DNA of 61,215 bases from a virus. Lineage: Duplodnaviria; Caudoviricetes. The translations under genes and the position numbers were made by a program. The stretch is taken from the IMG/VR virus record IMGVR_UViG_3300022833_000412, positions 1-61,215 of that record; one strand, written 5' to 3'. Under the pieces are notes generated by a model. That model worked only from the letters and a program-made list of their open reading frames with translations. It had not been told where the DNA came from and did no database searches. Of the stretch, positions 38,637 to 48,575 are shown one piece after another (the stretch's first letter is position 1; each line of letters starts with the position of its first letter).

Positions 38637-38756
38637 GAGTCTAAAAGAATCCAACAGAATCTAAAAGAATCCAACAGAGTCTAAAGGAGTCTAAAGGAGT
38701 CTAAAGGAATCCAACAGAATCCAACAGAATCTAAAAGAGTCTAAGAGAATCTAAAA
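38637..38756. repeat. Tandem array of 12 x 10-bp units, consensus GA(A/G)TC(T/C)AA(A/C/G)(A/G)
   Basis: Units: GAGTCTAAAA, GAATCCAACA, GAATCTAAAA, GAATCCAACA, GAGTCTAAAG x3, GAATCCAACA x2, GAATCTAAAA, GAGTCTAAGA, GAATCTAAAA. Intergenic. Confidence 0.95.
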
Positions 38757-38806
38757 TGACATAGGCACCAAAAAGGAAAGTAACGTATATTTATATATAA
38801 ACAAGT

Positions 38807-38986
38807 ATGAATAAGATTGAAAGAGTGCTAACGTCGGTCAAGGTAGATCGAGTTAAATTTGAGGATTTCAAAGTAGAATGTATACGTGACAAGTTCACTT
38901 TAACGCATCTAGTGGATCTGTGTATGACCGAGTATTTAACAAACGAGGACTTTAGGAAAGAGGTACTCTCGCGTAGAAACACTTAA
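38807..38986 (+). CDS. Ribbon-helix-helix DNA-binding protein (59 aa, not in ORF track)
   Basis: MNKIERVLTSVKVDRVKFEDFKVECIRDKFTLTHLVDLCMTEYLTNEDFRKEVLSRRNT: an alternating beta strand (LTSVKV) then two helices. Promoter box at 38786-38795. Confidence 0.7.
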   Translation: MNKIERVLTSVKVDRVKFEDFKVECIRDKFTLTHLVDLCMTEYLTNEDFRKEVLSRRNT

Positions 38987-39073
38987 TAAAAAGAGTCTCA
39001 AAGAATACTTAACAAAGTATCTTAAAGACCTTGCCTGCCTGGGGTAAGGTGTTTATATTAAAGTTATAAAGAA

Positions 39074-40516
39074 ATGATAGAAGGAAGTTATATTAAAAAA
39101 GAGAACAGGAAGAAGATACTTCTATTCTGTGATGACATACGAGCTCATTCGGGCATAGGACATATGGGCAGGGAGATGGTAACAAAGACCTGTCACCATT
39201 ACAATTGGGTCAACATCGGGGGTTCGGTGAACCATCCTGAAGCAGGTCAAAAGTTAGACGTATCCGGTGATACCAATAAAAAAGCGGGTATAGAAGATTC
39301 GTCTGTCATAATCTATCCAACATCGGGGTATGGTACGCCGGAACTTTTGCGTGTCATGCTTAAGACCGAGAAACCGGATGCAATTTTTATTATTACCGAT
39401 CCTAGGTATTGGTTATGGTTATTTGACATGGAGGCAGAGATTAGGAAACATATTCCAATCATCTACTTAAACATATGGGATAACTACCCGGCACCTATGT
39501 ACAACAAGACCTTCTATGAAAGTTGTGACGCACTTCTAGGCATTTCCAAACAGACAGTTAACATTAACAGGTTAGTCTTGGGAGACAAAGGGGATAGCAA
39601 GGTCATTGAGTATGTTCCCCATGGTGTTGATGAGAAGGATTTTAGACCTTTAACCTCTCTTGAGAAGACGGGAGATAAATATACTTCTTTTATCAATAGG
39701 TGTAAGCAAGGAAAGGACATAGACTTCACCATTCTTTTCAATTCGCGTAACATTAGACGTAAGCAGATACCGGATACTATATTAGCCTTCAAACATTTCG
39801 TGGACGGTCTTCCTGTAGGTCAAAAAGAGAAGGCTATGTTACTATTACATACTCAAGCCGTAGATCCTAATGGAACGGATTTACCTGCCGTTATTGAGTT
39901 GCTAACACCTGAAGATCAGGGTTACAACGTACATCTTACCGATAGACCTTTAGAGGTAGAGGAAATGAACTTTCTTTATAACCTAGCTGATTCTGTTGTA
40001 CTACTATCATCTAATGAAGGGTGGGGATTGGCATTAACTGAATCTTTGCTATCCGGTACGCCTTTTGTTGCTAACGTAACCGGGGGTATGCAAGATCAGA
40101 TGAGATTCGTTAAGGACGGTAAGTGGGCGGAGTTAGATGCAGATTTTCCTTCTAACCATAATAAAACTCTTACCGAGTGTGGGGAATGGGTATTCCCAGT
40201 ATACCCTACTTCAATATCAATGGTAGGATCTCCTGCTACTCCTTATATATGGGATGATCGATGTGATCCAGTTCATGTAGCTGATAGGTTTAGAGAGATA
40301 TATGAATTAACACCTGATCAAAGAGTATCCAGAGGTTTAAAAGGTAGAGAATGGGCTACTGGAACGGAAGCAGGGTTCACCTCAGAGTTAATGGGTCAGA
40401 GAATAATCAAGAGTGTAGATAGGCTGTTTGATGAATGGAAACCTAGAGAGGGTTTTGAATTAATCCTTGCCGGAGAATTAGAAAAGAAAGTTGTACCACA
40501 TAAACTAGTATACTAA
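39074..40516 (+). CDS. Glycosyltransferase (GT-B, GT4-like)
   Basis: HSGIGHMGRE, VPHGVD, NSRNIRRKQ, SSNEGWGLALTESL. Confidence 0.9.
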   Translation: MIEGSYIKKENRKKILLFCDDIRAHSGIGHMGREMVTKTCHHYNWVNIGGSVNHPEAGQKLDVSGDTNKKAGIEDSSVIIYPTSGYGTPELLRVMLKTEKPDAIFIITDPRYWLWLFDMEAEIRKHIPIIYLNIWDNYPAPMYNKTFYESCDALLGISKQTVNINRLVLGDKGDSKVIEYVPHGVDEKDFRPLTSLEKTGDKYTSFINRCKQGKDIDFTILFNSRNIRRKQIPDTILAFKHFVDGLPVGQKEKAMLLLHTQAVDPNGTDLPAVIELLTPEDQGYNVHLTDRPLEVEEMNFLYNLADSVVLLSSNEGWGLALTESLLSGTPFVANVTGGMQDQMRFVKDGKWAELDADFPSNHNKTLTECGEWVFPVYPTSISMVGSPATPYIWDDRCDPVHVADRFREIYELTPDQRVSRGLKGREWATGTEAGFTSELMGQRIIKSVDRLFDEWKPREGFELILAGELEKKVVPHKLVY

Positions 40517-40521
40517 GCATA

Positions 40522-41811
40522 ATGAAAAAATCAAGAAACACCTTTGTAATCTCCTGCCCGATCCTGACTTTCTCAGGATATGGAGCTAGATCGAGAGATT
40601 TAGTTAAGGCAATTATAAAGATGGATAAATATGACGTTAAGGTATTACCTCAGGCTTGGGGTAATACTCCTACCGGTTTTATAGACGCTCATCCGGAATG
40701 GCAATTCCTTAACGCTCACATAGTCCAAACCCTTACAGAGAAACCGGACATATGGGCTCAAGTCACAATTCCTTCAGAATTTAACCCTGTCGGTAAATAT
40801 AATATCGGGTTTACTGCCGGAATAGAAGCTACTGTATGTGCTCCTGACTGGATAGAAGGTTTAAACAGGATGGATATGAACTTTGTATCTTCCAAGCATT
40901 CAAAAGACATATTTGAAAGTCTAAGGTTCGAACAGAAGAATAACCAAACTCAAGAAGTAGTAGGGACGGTAGAAGTTAAAAAGCCTGTTGAAGTACTTTT
41001 CGAAGGGGTAGACACCGATACTTACAAGTTAGAGAGTAATGTGCCTGACAACTGTCTAAACCTAGGAGACATAAAGGAAAGCTTTGTTTTCTTACATTGC
41101 GGTATGTGGCTTGAAGGAATAATAGGAGAAGATAGAAAAAATATAGGTCTTACTGTAAAAGCCTTCTATGAGACCTTTAAAAATAAAGCTAAGAAACCAG
41201 CATTACTTTTGAAAGTAACTGCAGGTAGTAGTTCCTATATGAATAGGGATAAGGTCTTAGCTAAAATAGCAGCTATTAAGAAAACAGTTAAGTCAAACAA
41301 CTTACCGAACATCTACCTACTAAATGGAGATCTTACAGATGAGGAGATGAATAACCTCTACAACCACCCTAAAATTAAAGCTATGGTTAGCTTAACTAAA
41401 GGAGAAGGTTTTGGAAGACCTTTACTAGAGTTTACTACCTCACAGAAGCCTCTAATAACAACTAACTGGTCTGGACATTTAGATTTTTTAAACCCAGAAC
41501 ATACTACACTACTAAAAGGAGAGTTAACTAATATTCACCCTTCAGCTGCTAATAAATGGTTATTAAAAGAAGCACAGTGGTTTACTGTTGATTTTATGCA
41601 AGCAGGAGGTTACTTTAGAGATGTATATGAAAATTACAAGAAATACAGGGGCAAGGCTAAGCGACAGGCTTACATATCAAATAATCAATTCAGTTGGAAT
41701 AAGATGAAAGAGTTATTAGAGCAGAAGTTAGATAGTATACTTCCTGAATTCTCTAGCAAGGTTGAATTAAAAATACCAGAATTAAAATTACCAAAATTAA
41801 ACAAAATATGA
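40522..41811 (+). CDS. Glycosyltransferase (GT-B, GT4-like)
   Basis: SGYGARSRD, DRKNIG, KGEGFGRPLLEF, TNWSGHLDFL. Confidence 0.9.
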   Translation: MKKSRNTFVISCPILTFSGYGARSRDLVKAIIKMDKYDVKVLPQAWGNTPTGFIDAHPEWQFLNAHIVQTLTEKPDIWAQVTIPSEFNPVGKYNIGFTAGIEATVCAPDWIEGLNRMDMNFVSSKHSKDIFESLRFEQKNNQTQEVVGTVEVKKPVEVLFEGVDTDTYKLESNVPDNCLNLGDIKESFVFLHCGMWLEGIIGEDRKNIGLTVKAFYETFKNKAKKPALLLKVTAGSSSYMNRDKVLAKIAAIKKTVKSNNLPNIYLLNGDLTDEEMNNLYNHPKIKAMVSLTKGEGFGRPLLEFTTSQKPLITTNWSGHLDFLNPEHTTLLKGELTNIHPSAANKWLLKEAQWFTVDFMQAGGYFRDVYENYKKYRGKAKRQAYISNNQFSWNKMKELLEQKLDSILPEFSSKVELKIPELKLPKLNKI

Positions 41812-42278
41812 TTAAAAAAGATAAAGACTCACTTATAATATGTAGACGATGTGCTGGAGATGCTTGCTATACTCAACAGGTTACAGTAGACATTAATATT
41901 AAGCACTGTTTGGGATGCGGTTTTCAATGTACTTCCTTAATGGTAGAAGGTAGTGAGTTCTACGAAGCACAGTTAGAATCCCTCCCTGAACTATATAAAG
42001 ACCTTATGTGGACTGATCCTGAAACAAAAGAGATATGGATGCCACAGGCGGTAAATTTAGTTGAGAAAGGAATGGTCTTTGCAAATGGACCTAGCGGAGA
42101 TGAATGGAAATGGTCAGCAGTTAAAGCTGTACTGGTCACAGAGGGTGATAAAAAAATACCAATACCCGGGAAGGAAGGGGAGTTCCTTGCTTTTAGAATG
42201 GACATGTCAACACGTAAGGACTTTGAAGAAAGAGACTATATGGATGCCCTACAGTATATTGGCATATTTGAAAATTAG
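41808..42278 (+). CDS. Hypothetical protein with Cys motifs
   Basis: CRRC...C and CLGCG. Confidence 0.65.
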   Translation: MIKKDKDSLIICRRCAGDACYTQQVTVDINIKHCLGCGFQCTSLMVEGSEFYEAQLESLPELYKDLMWTDPETKEIWMPQAVNLVEKGMVFANGPSGDEWKWSAVKAVLVTEGDKKIPIPGKEGEFLAFRMDMSTRKDFEERDYMDALQYIGIFEN

Positions 42279-42305
42279 CATAATAAACTTTATAAGAATA
42301 GTAGA

Positions 42306-42332
42306 AAGCCTTTGCATTGCAAGGGTTTTTTT
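42306..42332 (+). terminator. Terminator overlapping a promoter
   Basis: AAGCCTTTGC-ATT-GCAAGGGTTT stem plus T run; TTG at 42312 and TATATTAC at 42335. Confidence 0.7.
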
Positions 42333-42346
42333 CGTATATTACAGTA

Positions 42347-42970
42347 ATGAAATTATCATATGCAATCACAGTAAAAGACGAGTTACCGGAAATAGAGAAG
42401 TTAGTTTCTTTTTTAACTAAACACAAACGGTCTGAGGATGAAATAGTCGTTCTTTACGATAATTTAAACGGTTCTTCTGAGGTAGAATGGTACTTAAGAA
42501 CATCTACAGTTAATGTAAATACTTACCGATGGCATAACTACCCGTTTGACGGGCATTTTGATAGGTTTAAAAACCACCTAACTGCTCTCTGCACAGGAGA
42601 CTTCATAATAAACATCGATGCAGATGAAATGCCTACAGAGACTTTTATGAAAAAGATACCTCAGATACTAGAAAATAACGATGTAGACATGATACTAGTA
42701 CCTAGGGTTAATACTGTTAAAGGAATCACAAAAGAACATATACTAAAGTGGAGATGGAATGTTAACGATAAAGGATGGATTAATTTCCCAGACTTACAAA
42801 GCCGTATCTACGCTAATAACGGGAAAATTAAGTGGAAGAATAAAGTGCATGAGGTTCTAGAGGGTTACTTACTTGAAAGTGCATTACCACTTAGGGAGGA
42901 ATATGCCTTTAAACATGAGAAAAGTATCGAGAAGCAAGAAAAACAAAATAAATTTTACGAAACATTATGA
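42347..42970 (+). CDS. Glycosyltransferase family 2
   Basis: MKLSYAITVKDE, DEIVVLYD, INIDADE (DxD), FPDLQSRI, KVHE. True start ATG 42347. Confidence 0.88.
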   Translation: MKLSYAITVKDELPEIEKLVSFLTKHKRSEDEIVVLYDNLNGSSEVEWYLRTSTVNVNTYRWHNYPFDGHFDRFKNHLTALCTGDFIINIDADEMPTETFMKKIPQILENNDVDMILVPRVNTVKGITKEHILKWRWNVNDKGWINFPDLQSRIYANNGKIKWKNKVHEVLEGYLLESALPLREEYAFKHEKSIEKQEKQNKFYETL

Positions 42971-44160
42971 AAAATAAGAAACCGGCTATACCTTTATTTA
43001 AGGTATTTATGGCTCCTTCGGCAGCAGTTGAAGTTGGAAAGGTATTAAATAGCGGCTTTATAGGACAGGGACCTAAAGTAGATGAGTTTGAAGAGAATTT
43101 AAAAGACTTACTCGGTAATGATAAACTAATAACAGTTAATTCCGGAACCTCTGCCTTACATCTAGCATTACACCTACTTAGATCACCACAGACTAATGTT
43201 GCACAGTACGAGGGAATAGCTTCTTGGGATGAGAACTGGCCTGGATTAGAAGAAGGAGATGAAGTTTTAGCTACTCCGTTAACCTGTACTGCTTCTAACT
43301 TCCCTATACTAGGTAACGGTTTAAAAATAAAGTGGGTAGATATAGACCCTGAAACTCTTAATATGGACTTAGATGACTTAGAGAGAAAGATTACTTCAAA
43401 AACTAAAGCTATTATGTTAGTACATTGGGGAGGTTACCCAAACGACCTAGATAAAATTAAAGAAATTCAGAAAAAAGCGAAACACCTCTACGGATTCGCT
43501 CCTGCCGTTATTGAAGACGGAGCTCATTCTTTCGGGTCTAAGTACAAAGGAAAGTATATAGGTAACCACGGTAATATAGTAATGCATTCATTTCAAGCTA
43601 CCAAACATATTACTTCTATTGATGGAGGTTTATTATCACTCCCTCATGAACGATTATACAAAAGAGCTAAGCTTCAAAGATGGTATGGTATAGATAGAGA
43701 ATCAGATAGAAAAGATTTTAGATGCGAACAAGACATACCGGAATGGGGTTTTAAGTTCCATATGAACGATGTAAGCGCTACAGTAGGTATTGAGAACTTA
43801 AACTATTTTAAAGAGATAGTAGGTAGGCATAAAAGTAATGCGAAGTACTACGACAAACATCTACAGAATGTAAAGAACATTACATTACTAAAACGACATA
43901 GTAACATGGAATCTGCTTTCTGGATATATAGTTTACTAGTAGAAGATAGAGATGCTTTTACAAAACATATGAAAAACAATGGTATAACTGTATCACAAGT
44001 TCATGAAAGGAACGATCAGCATAGCTGCTTACAGGAGTTTAGGTCGAGTTTACCTACGTTAGAGAAAACGATTGGGAAAGTAGTATCTATACCTGTAGGG
44101 TGGTGGGTAACTGATAAAGAGAGAGAATATATAGTTAAGACAATAAAGAAAGGATATTAA
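42967..44160 (+). CDS. DegT/DnrJ/EryC1/StrS PLP-dependent sugar aminotransferase
   Basis: GPKVDEFE, VNSGTSALHLAL, VHWGG, IEDGAHSFG, SFQATKHITSIDGG. Confidence 0.93.
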   Translation: MKNKKPAIPLFKVFMAPSAAVEVGKVLNSGFIGQGPKVDEFEENLKDLLGNDKLITVNSGTSALHLALHLLRSPQTNVAQYEGIASWDENWPGLEEGDEVLATPLTCTASNFPILGNGLKIKWVDIDPETLNMDLDDLERKITSKTKAIMLVHWGGYPNDLDKIKEIQKKAKHLYGFAPAVIEDGAHSFGSKYKGKYIGNHGNIVMHSFQATKHITSIDGGLLSLPHERLYKRAKLQRWYGIDRESDRKDFRCEQDIPEWGFKFHMNDVSATVGIENLNYFKEIVGRHKSNAKYYDKHLQNVKNITLLKRHSNMESAFWIYSLLVEDRDAFTKHMKNNGITVSQVHERNDQHSCLQEFRSSLPTLEKTIGKVVSIPVGWWVTDKEREYIVKTIKKGY

Positions 44161-44161
44161 T

Positions 44162-44764
44162 ATGATTAAATTAAATTTAGGATGTGCTTCTAACCTATTA
44201 GAGGGTTATGTTAACATCGATCAAGACAGTATGGAAGTTATTAGGAAAAGGTACCCATACTTAGAATTTCCTTATGATGCTAAGATATTTAACTATGATG
44301 TGTTCAACCTACCTTACAGAGATGGGGAAGTAGATGAAATTATAGCAGATGGATTTATAGAACATTTATCCTTTATCGAAGAGAAGAAAATATTCGAAGA
44401 AATTAAAAGAGTATTAAAACCAGGAGGTAAAATAGAATTCTCTGTACCTAATTTTGAAAAGGTAGTCATAGCATGGTTAGCAGCGAAAGACGACTGGAAA
44501 GACTTCTACAGTCTTGAAGAGAAAGATATTAATAAACAACACTGGTTCGGCACATATTCATATAATCAAGATAATAGATGGGGATACATTACAGCAATGT
44601 TATTTGGAAGTCAACACGGTGAAGGTCAATATCATCAGAACTGCTATACTTCTCCTAAAATACATGCTATGATGACAAAGTTAGGTTTCTCAGATACTAT
44701 AGTTACTGAGTGGAATTGGAAAGGAGATAGAGACCCTATGTTAAAAACAGTTGCAACTAAGTAA
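44162..44764 (+). CDS. Class I SAM-dependent methyltransferase
   Basis: KLNLGC...GYVNID, FIEHL, RVLKPGG...SVP. Confidence 0.88.
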   Translation: MIKLNLGCASNLLEGYVNIDQDSMEVIRKRYPYLEFPYDAKIFNYDVFNLPYRDGEVDEIIADGFIEHLSFIEEKKIFEEIKRVLKPGGKIEFSVPNFEKVVIAWLAAKDDWKDFYSLEEKDINKQHWFGTYSYNQDNRWGYITAMLFGSQHGEGQYHQNCYTSPKIHAMMTKLGFSDTIVTEWNWKGDRDPMLKTVATK

Positions 44765-44766
44765 AA

Positions 44767-45312
44767 ATGTACTCGCCTATACAAATTACATCATCTTACT
44801 CTAAAAATAACCTAGGTAAGACTCTGTATGAAACTATTTTAGAATTAAAACCCCTTAAAGTAATTGAATTTGGATGTCTATACGGTTATTCAACAGTATC
44901 AATAGCTTTAGCTTTAAAACAATTAGGGAGAGGTAAAATATACTGTTATGACTTATGGGAGAGTTACGAATATAAACATACAACTCTAGAGGAAACAAAA
45001 AGAAACTTAGAGAACCATGACCTAAGTGAGTACGTAGAATTTAAGCATCAAGACTATTACGAGTGGCTTAGAGAACCAGAACCTTTCGACCTCCTGCATT
45101 TAGATATCTCTAACACCGGAGATACTATAGCTAAAACATACGAAGCTGTTCCTAACGGAAGTACCGTTATTTTCGAAGGCGGTAGTAAACAAAGAGATGA
45201 CGTAGAATGGATGAAGACTTACAAATATACACCTATAAATTCAGTAAAGGAGAAGGTAGGTTATAAAGTACTAAACTCAAACTGGCCCTCTATATCAATA
45301 TTTACAAAATGA
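44767..45312 (+). CDS. Class I SAM-dependent (O-)methyltransferase
   Basis: VIEFGCLYGYST, YCYDLW, FDLLHLD. Confidence 0.85.
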   Translation: MYSPIQITSSYSKNNLGKTLYETILELKPLKVIEFGCLYGYSTVSIALALKQLGRGKIYCYDLWESYEYKHTTLEETKRNLENHDLSEYVEFKHQDYYEWLREPEPFDLLHLDISNTGDTIAKTYEAVPNGSTVIFEGGSKQRDDVEWMKTYKYTPINSVKEKVGYKVLNSNWPSISIFTK

Positions 45313-46202
45313 AAGAGCAAGATATAACAATAGGAATTGTAAGTTATTACCGGGGAAAAGCTCTTAAGAGATGTATCGAGTCCCTGTCGCCGTTATTTAA
45401 CATTATCGTATTCGATAATAATACAACAGGAGAAGACTTAGAAGACATTAAAGAGATTGATAAGAACTTTTCAAACGTAAGGGTTATTTATAATCCTGAA
45501 AATGAGGGTTTAACTAAGGCCTGGAACCGTGTCACAGTGGAAAGTAAAACAGACTGGGTAATACTAACCTGTGACGATATGATTTTCGATGAGGACTGGT
45601 TTCAAGTACTAAATAACATACTTAGTTCAAAACCTCAACTAGAACAGATACACTTAAACTCGTTCAACTGTATTGCTTTACATAAAAAAACTATTGTTCG
45701 GATGGGATGGTGGGATGAAAGGTATAGGTACTATCCGAGTATGGAAGATGACGACTGGTACTTAAGAACAGTTGAACTGTTAGAATATTCCCCGTACACT
45801 AAAATGCCTAAACACTTAATATTTCCAGACTACCACATTAAACTTATTAAGCCGTTCCTAAACAAAGTAGCATCCTTACACGATAGGAGCGATAACTTTA
45901 CATACTTCTGTAACTCTCCATATTCAAAACATAAGATAATAGGGAAGTCTACAATAACAGGTAATGAAGATGATGCTGGAAGTAGAAATAATATTAACTC
46001 TAACCCCCATCTTGAAATGAACGGAATACAATTTCACCATAAAAAATGGGAACCTGTAGACCTGAGAAAAGAGCCTTTAGAGAATAGCGACATAATACTA
46101 GGTAAAGACGGTAGGTGCTGGAAACGTGTTGGTAGAGACATAGACTTCTACCCAGAAGTTAGGAAACTCTACGCTAAGAAATACTTTAACATAGAACTAT
46201 AA
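45309..46202 (+). CDS. Glycosyltransferase family 2
   Basis: ITIGIVSY, IIVFDN, NEGLTKAWN, LTCDD, WDERY..EDDDW. Confidence 0.88.
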   Translation: MKEQDITIGIVSYYRGKALKRCIESLSPLFNIIVFDNNTTGEDLEDIKEIDKNFSNVRVIYNPENEGLTKAWNRVTVESKTDWVILTCDDMIFDEDWFQVLNNILSSKPQLEQIHLNSFNCIALHKKTIVRMGWWDERYRYYPSMEDDDWYLRTVELLEYSPYTKMPKHLIFPDYHIKLIKPFLNKVASLHDRSDNFTYFCNSPYSKHKIIGKSTITGNEDDAGSRNNINSNPHLEMNGIQFHHKKWEPVDLRKEPLENSDIILGKDGRCWKRVGRDIDFYPEVRKLYAKKYFNIEL

Positions 46203-46218
46203 GACAATATAAAAACCA

Positions 46219-47409
46219 ATGAAAATAAGTCTAATTCAACCCGGAAGGAACAATCTAAAATATCTCAAATGGTCTTACGATTCTATCCGTAAACACCAAG
46301 GAAGACATGAAGTAGAAATATGTGTTGCAGATGATGCCTCCTCAGACGGTACTTGGGACTGGTGTCTAGAAATGATGGATAAAGACCCGTTATTCAAAGC
46401 ACATAGAAACCCAGGCCCTGATAGATTAGGACATACTATACTCTACGATACTCTAATCAACGAAGTAGCTACTAATAAAATAGCAATGATATACCATGCT
46501 GACATGTATTTATGTCCTGGTGCGTTAGATGCTATTGAAATGGAACTAAAACCTCGTACAATCGTATCACTAACTCGTATCGAACCTCCACTGCATCCTG
46601 ACGGACCTGAGAAGATTTTAAAAGACTTCGGAGTAGAGCCTGAAGAATTTAAAGAAGAAGAATTACTAAAGTACTTATCAAATGCTTTCCCTGAGCAAGA
46701 TACAACTGAAGGTATATTTGCTCCCTGGGCTTTTTACGTAGAAGATTTTCAATCTATTGGAGGACATGATCCTTTATATGCACCGCAGTCAAAAGAAGAC
46801 TCGGATATTTTTAATAGGTTTTTGCTAGACGGTATAACCTTTGTACAGACCTGGCATGGTACAGTTTATCATATGACCTGTAGAGGGAGTAGGAGAAATA
46901 CAGTAGACAAAGCAAAGTCCATATATGAGGATAGTCCAGAATGGTTAGCACAGAATAAAAGATCAACCCGTAACTTTATACGGAAGTGGGGGCATTTCGT
47001 AATGCACGATTCGTTAATGAAACCTATCGTACCTCCTAAATACAATATCGGAATAGTAGTTTTAAAAGGGTACCCTGGTCTTTTAGAAGTATTAGAACCT
47101 TGGTGTGATACGATTTATGTCGATGAAGGAAACATGCCAACTCTAATTAAAAATTATATTAAAGAGGAACAGCCTAATACTATCATAGACTTGAATGAAA
47201 GGGTAAAACCTTTAGAAGCTGAGAAGACTAATGAGATTTTAGTAAAGGTAGACGGTAATACGTTTGTTCAAGAAGATCTAAATACTCTACAAATACTATC
47301 CCGTATTATTAAAGATAGTGGTGAGGTAGGTAGCTTTACAATAGGAAGTTTAACAATCACTATATCAAAAATGAATGAATACCAGAATAGTTTAATTAAT
47401 CTAAGTTAA
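46219..47409 (+). CDS. Glycosyltransferase family 2
   Basis: EICVADDASSDGT, IYHADM, IGGHD...SKEDSDIFNR, VYHMTCRG. Confidence 0.88.
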   Translation: MKISLIQPGRNNLKYLKWSYDSIRKHQGRHEVEICVADDASSDGTWDWCLEMMDKDPLFKAHRNPGPDRLGHTILYDTLINEVATNKIAMIYHADMYLCPGALDAIEMELKPRTIVSLTRIEPPLHPDGPEKILKDFGVEPEEFKEEELLKYLSNAFPEQDTTEGIFAPWAFYVEDFQSIGGHDPLYAPQSKEDSDIFNRFLLDGITFVQTWHGTVYHMTCRGSRRNTVDKAKSIYEDSPEWLAQNKRSTRNFIRKWGHFVMHDSLMKPIVPPKYNIGIVVLKGYPGLLEVLEPWCDTIYVDEGNMPTLIKNYIKEEQPNTIIDLNERVKPLEAEKTNEILVKVDGNTFVQEDLNTLQILSRIIKDSGEVGSFTIGSLTITISKMNEYQNSLINLS

Positions 47410-47462
47410 TAAAAATAACTTAATAGTTGTATGAGACCTAATAAGTAACTATATTTATAGCC

Positions 47463-47789
47463 ATGAAAGAAGATACACCTATTATATACCTAGATATAGA
47501 ATTACTAGGAGGGGAAGAGGATCAAGAACTGAGAGATGCAGTTATAGAGTCTCTCAACGGTGATTCTTTTAGAGAAGTGCTGACTAGTACTTTATACGTA
47601 AACTTGTTAACTGCTATTGAGAAAGGTAAAGATAGGTTTATAGCGTTTAGAATCCCTTACCATAACCAAGACTATGTAATAAAGAAGAATCAGTACAGAG
47701 ACCTGTTATACACTATGCTACGGTACGCAGAAGAGGATGAAGACTATACTAAGTGTGGTGAAATTAAAAAATTAATAGAAAATATATGA
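47463..47789 (+). CDS. Hypothetical protein with a C-terminal UVR-like motif
   Basis: AEEDEDYTKCGEIKKL. Confidence 0.6.
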   Translation: MKEDTPIIYLDIELLGGEEDQELRDAVIESLNGDSFREVLTSTLYVNLLTAIEKGKDRFIAFRIPYHNQDYVIKKNQYRDLLYTMLRYAEEDEDYTKCGEIKKLIENI

Positions 47790-47947
47790 ATATTGGATTT
47801 TACATTAAAGGAGAAGCTATAGAAGAGATGATATCAGTTAAAGAGTTTCCTAACATGACAACTGCTATTGAAACTTTTGCTCAAACAAAGAATCTAACAG
47901 TAACAAACTTCCTAGAATTATTTAGCTTACGAGTAGTAAAGACATGA
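47786..47947 (+). CDS. Small hypothetical protein (53 aa, not in ORF track)
   Basis: ATGA-coupled to both neighbouring genes. Confidence 0.6.
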   Translation: MNIGFYIKGEAIEEMISVKEFPNMTTAIETFAQTKNLTVTNFLELFSLRVVKT

Positions 47948-48336
47948 CAGACGATAACTTTATAAAAAGTAATTTAGAAAAGCTACTCGGTGTAAAATTA
48001 GTTACAGAGAAGTTAGAAGGAAATAGCGAAGGTGAGCAGAAAGGATTCTGCAATCTTATAGACTGTTTAGAGAAGCTAATAGATAGTGAAAGAGCTATGC
48101 TTCGAGAGCATGGAGTCGACACAAGTACGTTAGTAAATCCATACTGGGATGCTATTGAAGACCTAATAGACTTTACAAGTGAACCAGAAATAGCAGATGT
48201 AGTTTGGTGGTATCTTCACAGCAGGAAAGGTAGTAAAGGGGAAATTTTGAAGTGGGTAGATGAAGACGGGGACGGTGAATCATATACCTTTAAAGACTCA
48301 TCTGAACTTTACGCCTATATATATACAAGTGAATAA
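47944..48336 (+). CDS. Hypothetical protein
   Basis: 130 aa, acidic. Confidence 0.6.
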   Translation: MTDDNFIKSNLEKLLGVKLVTEKLEGNSEGEQKGFCNLIDCLEKLIDSERAMLREHGVDTSTLVNPYWDAIEDLIDFTSEPEIADVVWWYLHSRKGSKGEILKWVDEDGDGESYTFKDSSELYAYIYTSE

Positions 48337-48352
48337 TAAAATAAAAATACTT

Positions 48353-48568
48353 ATGCAAAGTTGTAATGGATGCGGTGAAGAGATAGCACCGGGGAGACTC
48401 AAAGCCCTCCCGAACACTAAGGTGTGTGTAGAATGTTCTACAGTAAAACCTAAAAGACCGGTAACTATAACTAAAGGTAAGGGAGATAATACATACCAGG
48501 AGACAGTAATACTAGATCATAACGAGTATAAACATATCTTTAAGGATGAAGTAAAAAACGAAGATTAA
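48353..48568 (+). CDS. TraR/DksA-type C4 zinc-finger protein
   Basis: CNGCGEEIAPGRLKALPNTKVCVEC. ATG 48353 preferred. Confidence 0.8.
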   Translation: MQSCNGCGEEIAPGRLKALPNTKVCVECSTVKPKRPVTITKGKGDNTYQETVILDHNEYKHIFKDEVKNED

Positions 48569-48575
48569 ATTAAGG

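Noticed and set aside
38637-38756. CRISPR array next to the Cas4-like nuclease
   Set aside because: The units are contiguous 10-mers with no unique spacers. Stand-alone Cas4-like nucleases are common in phages, and no other cas genes are present.
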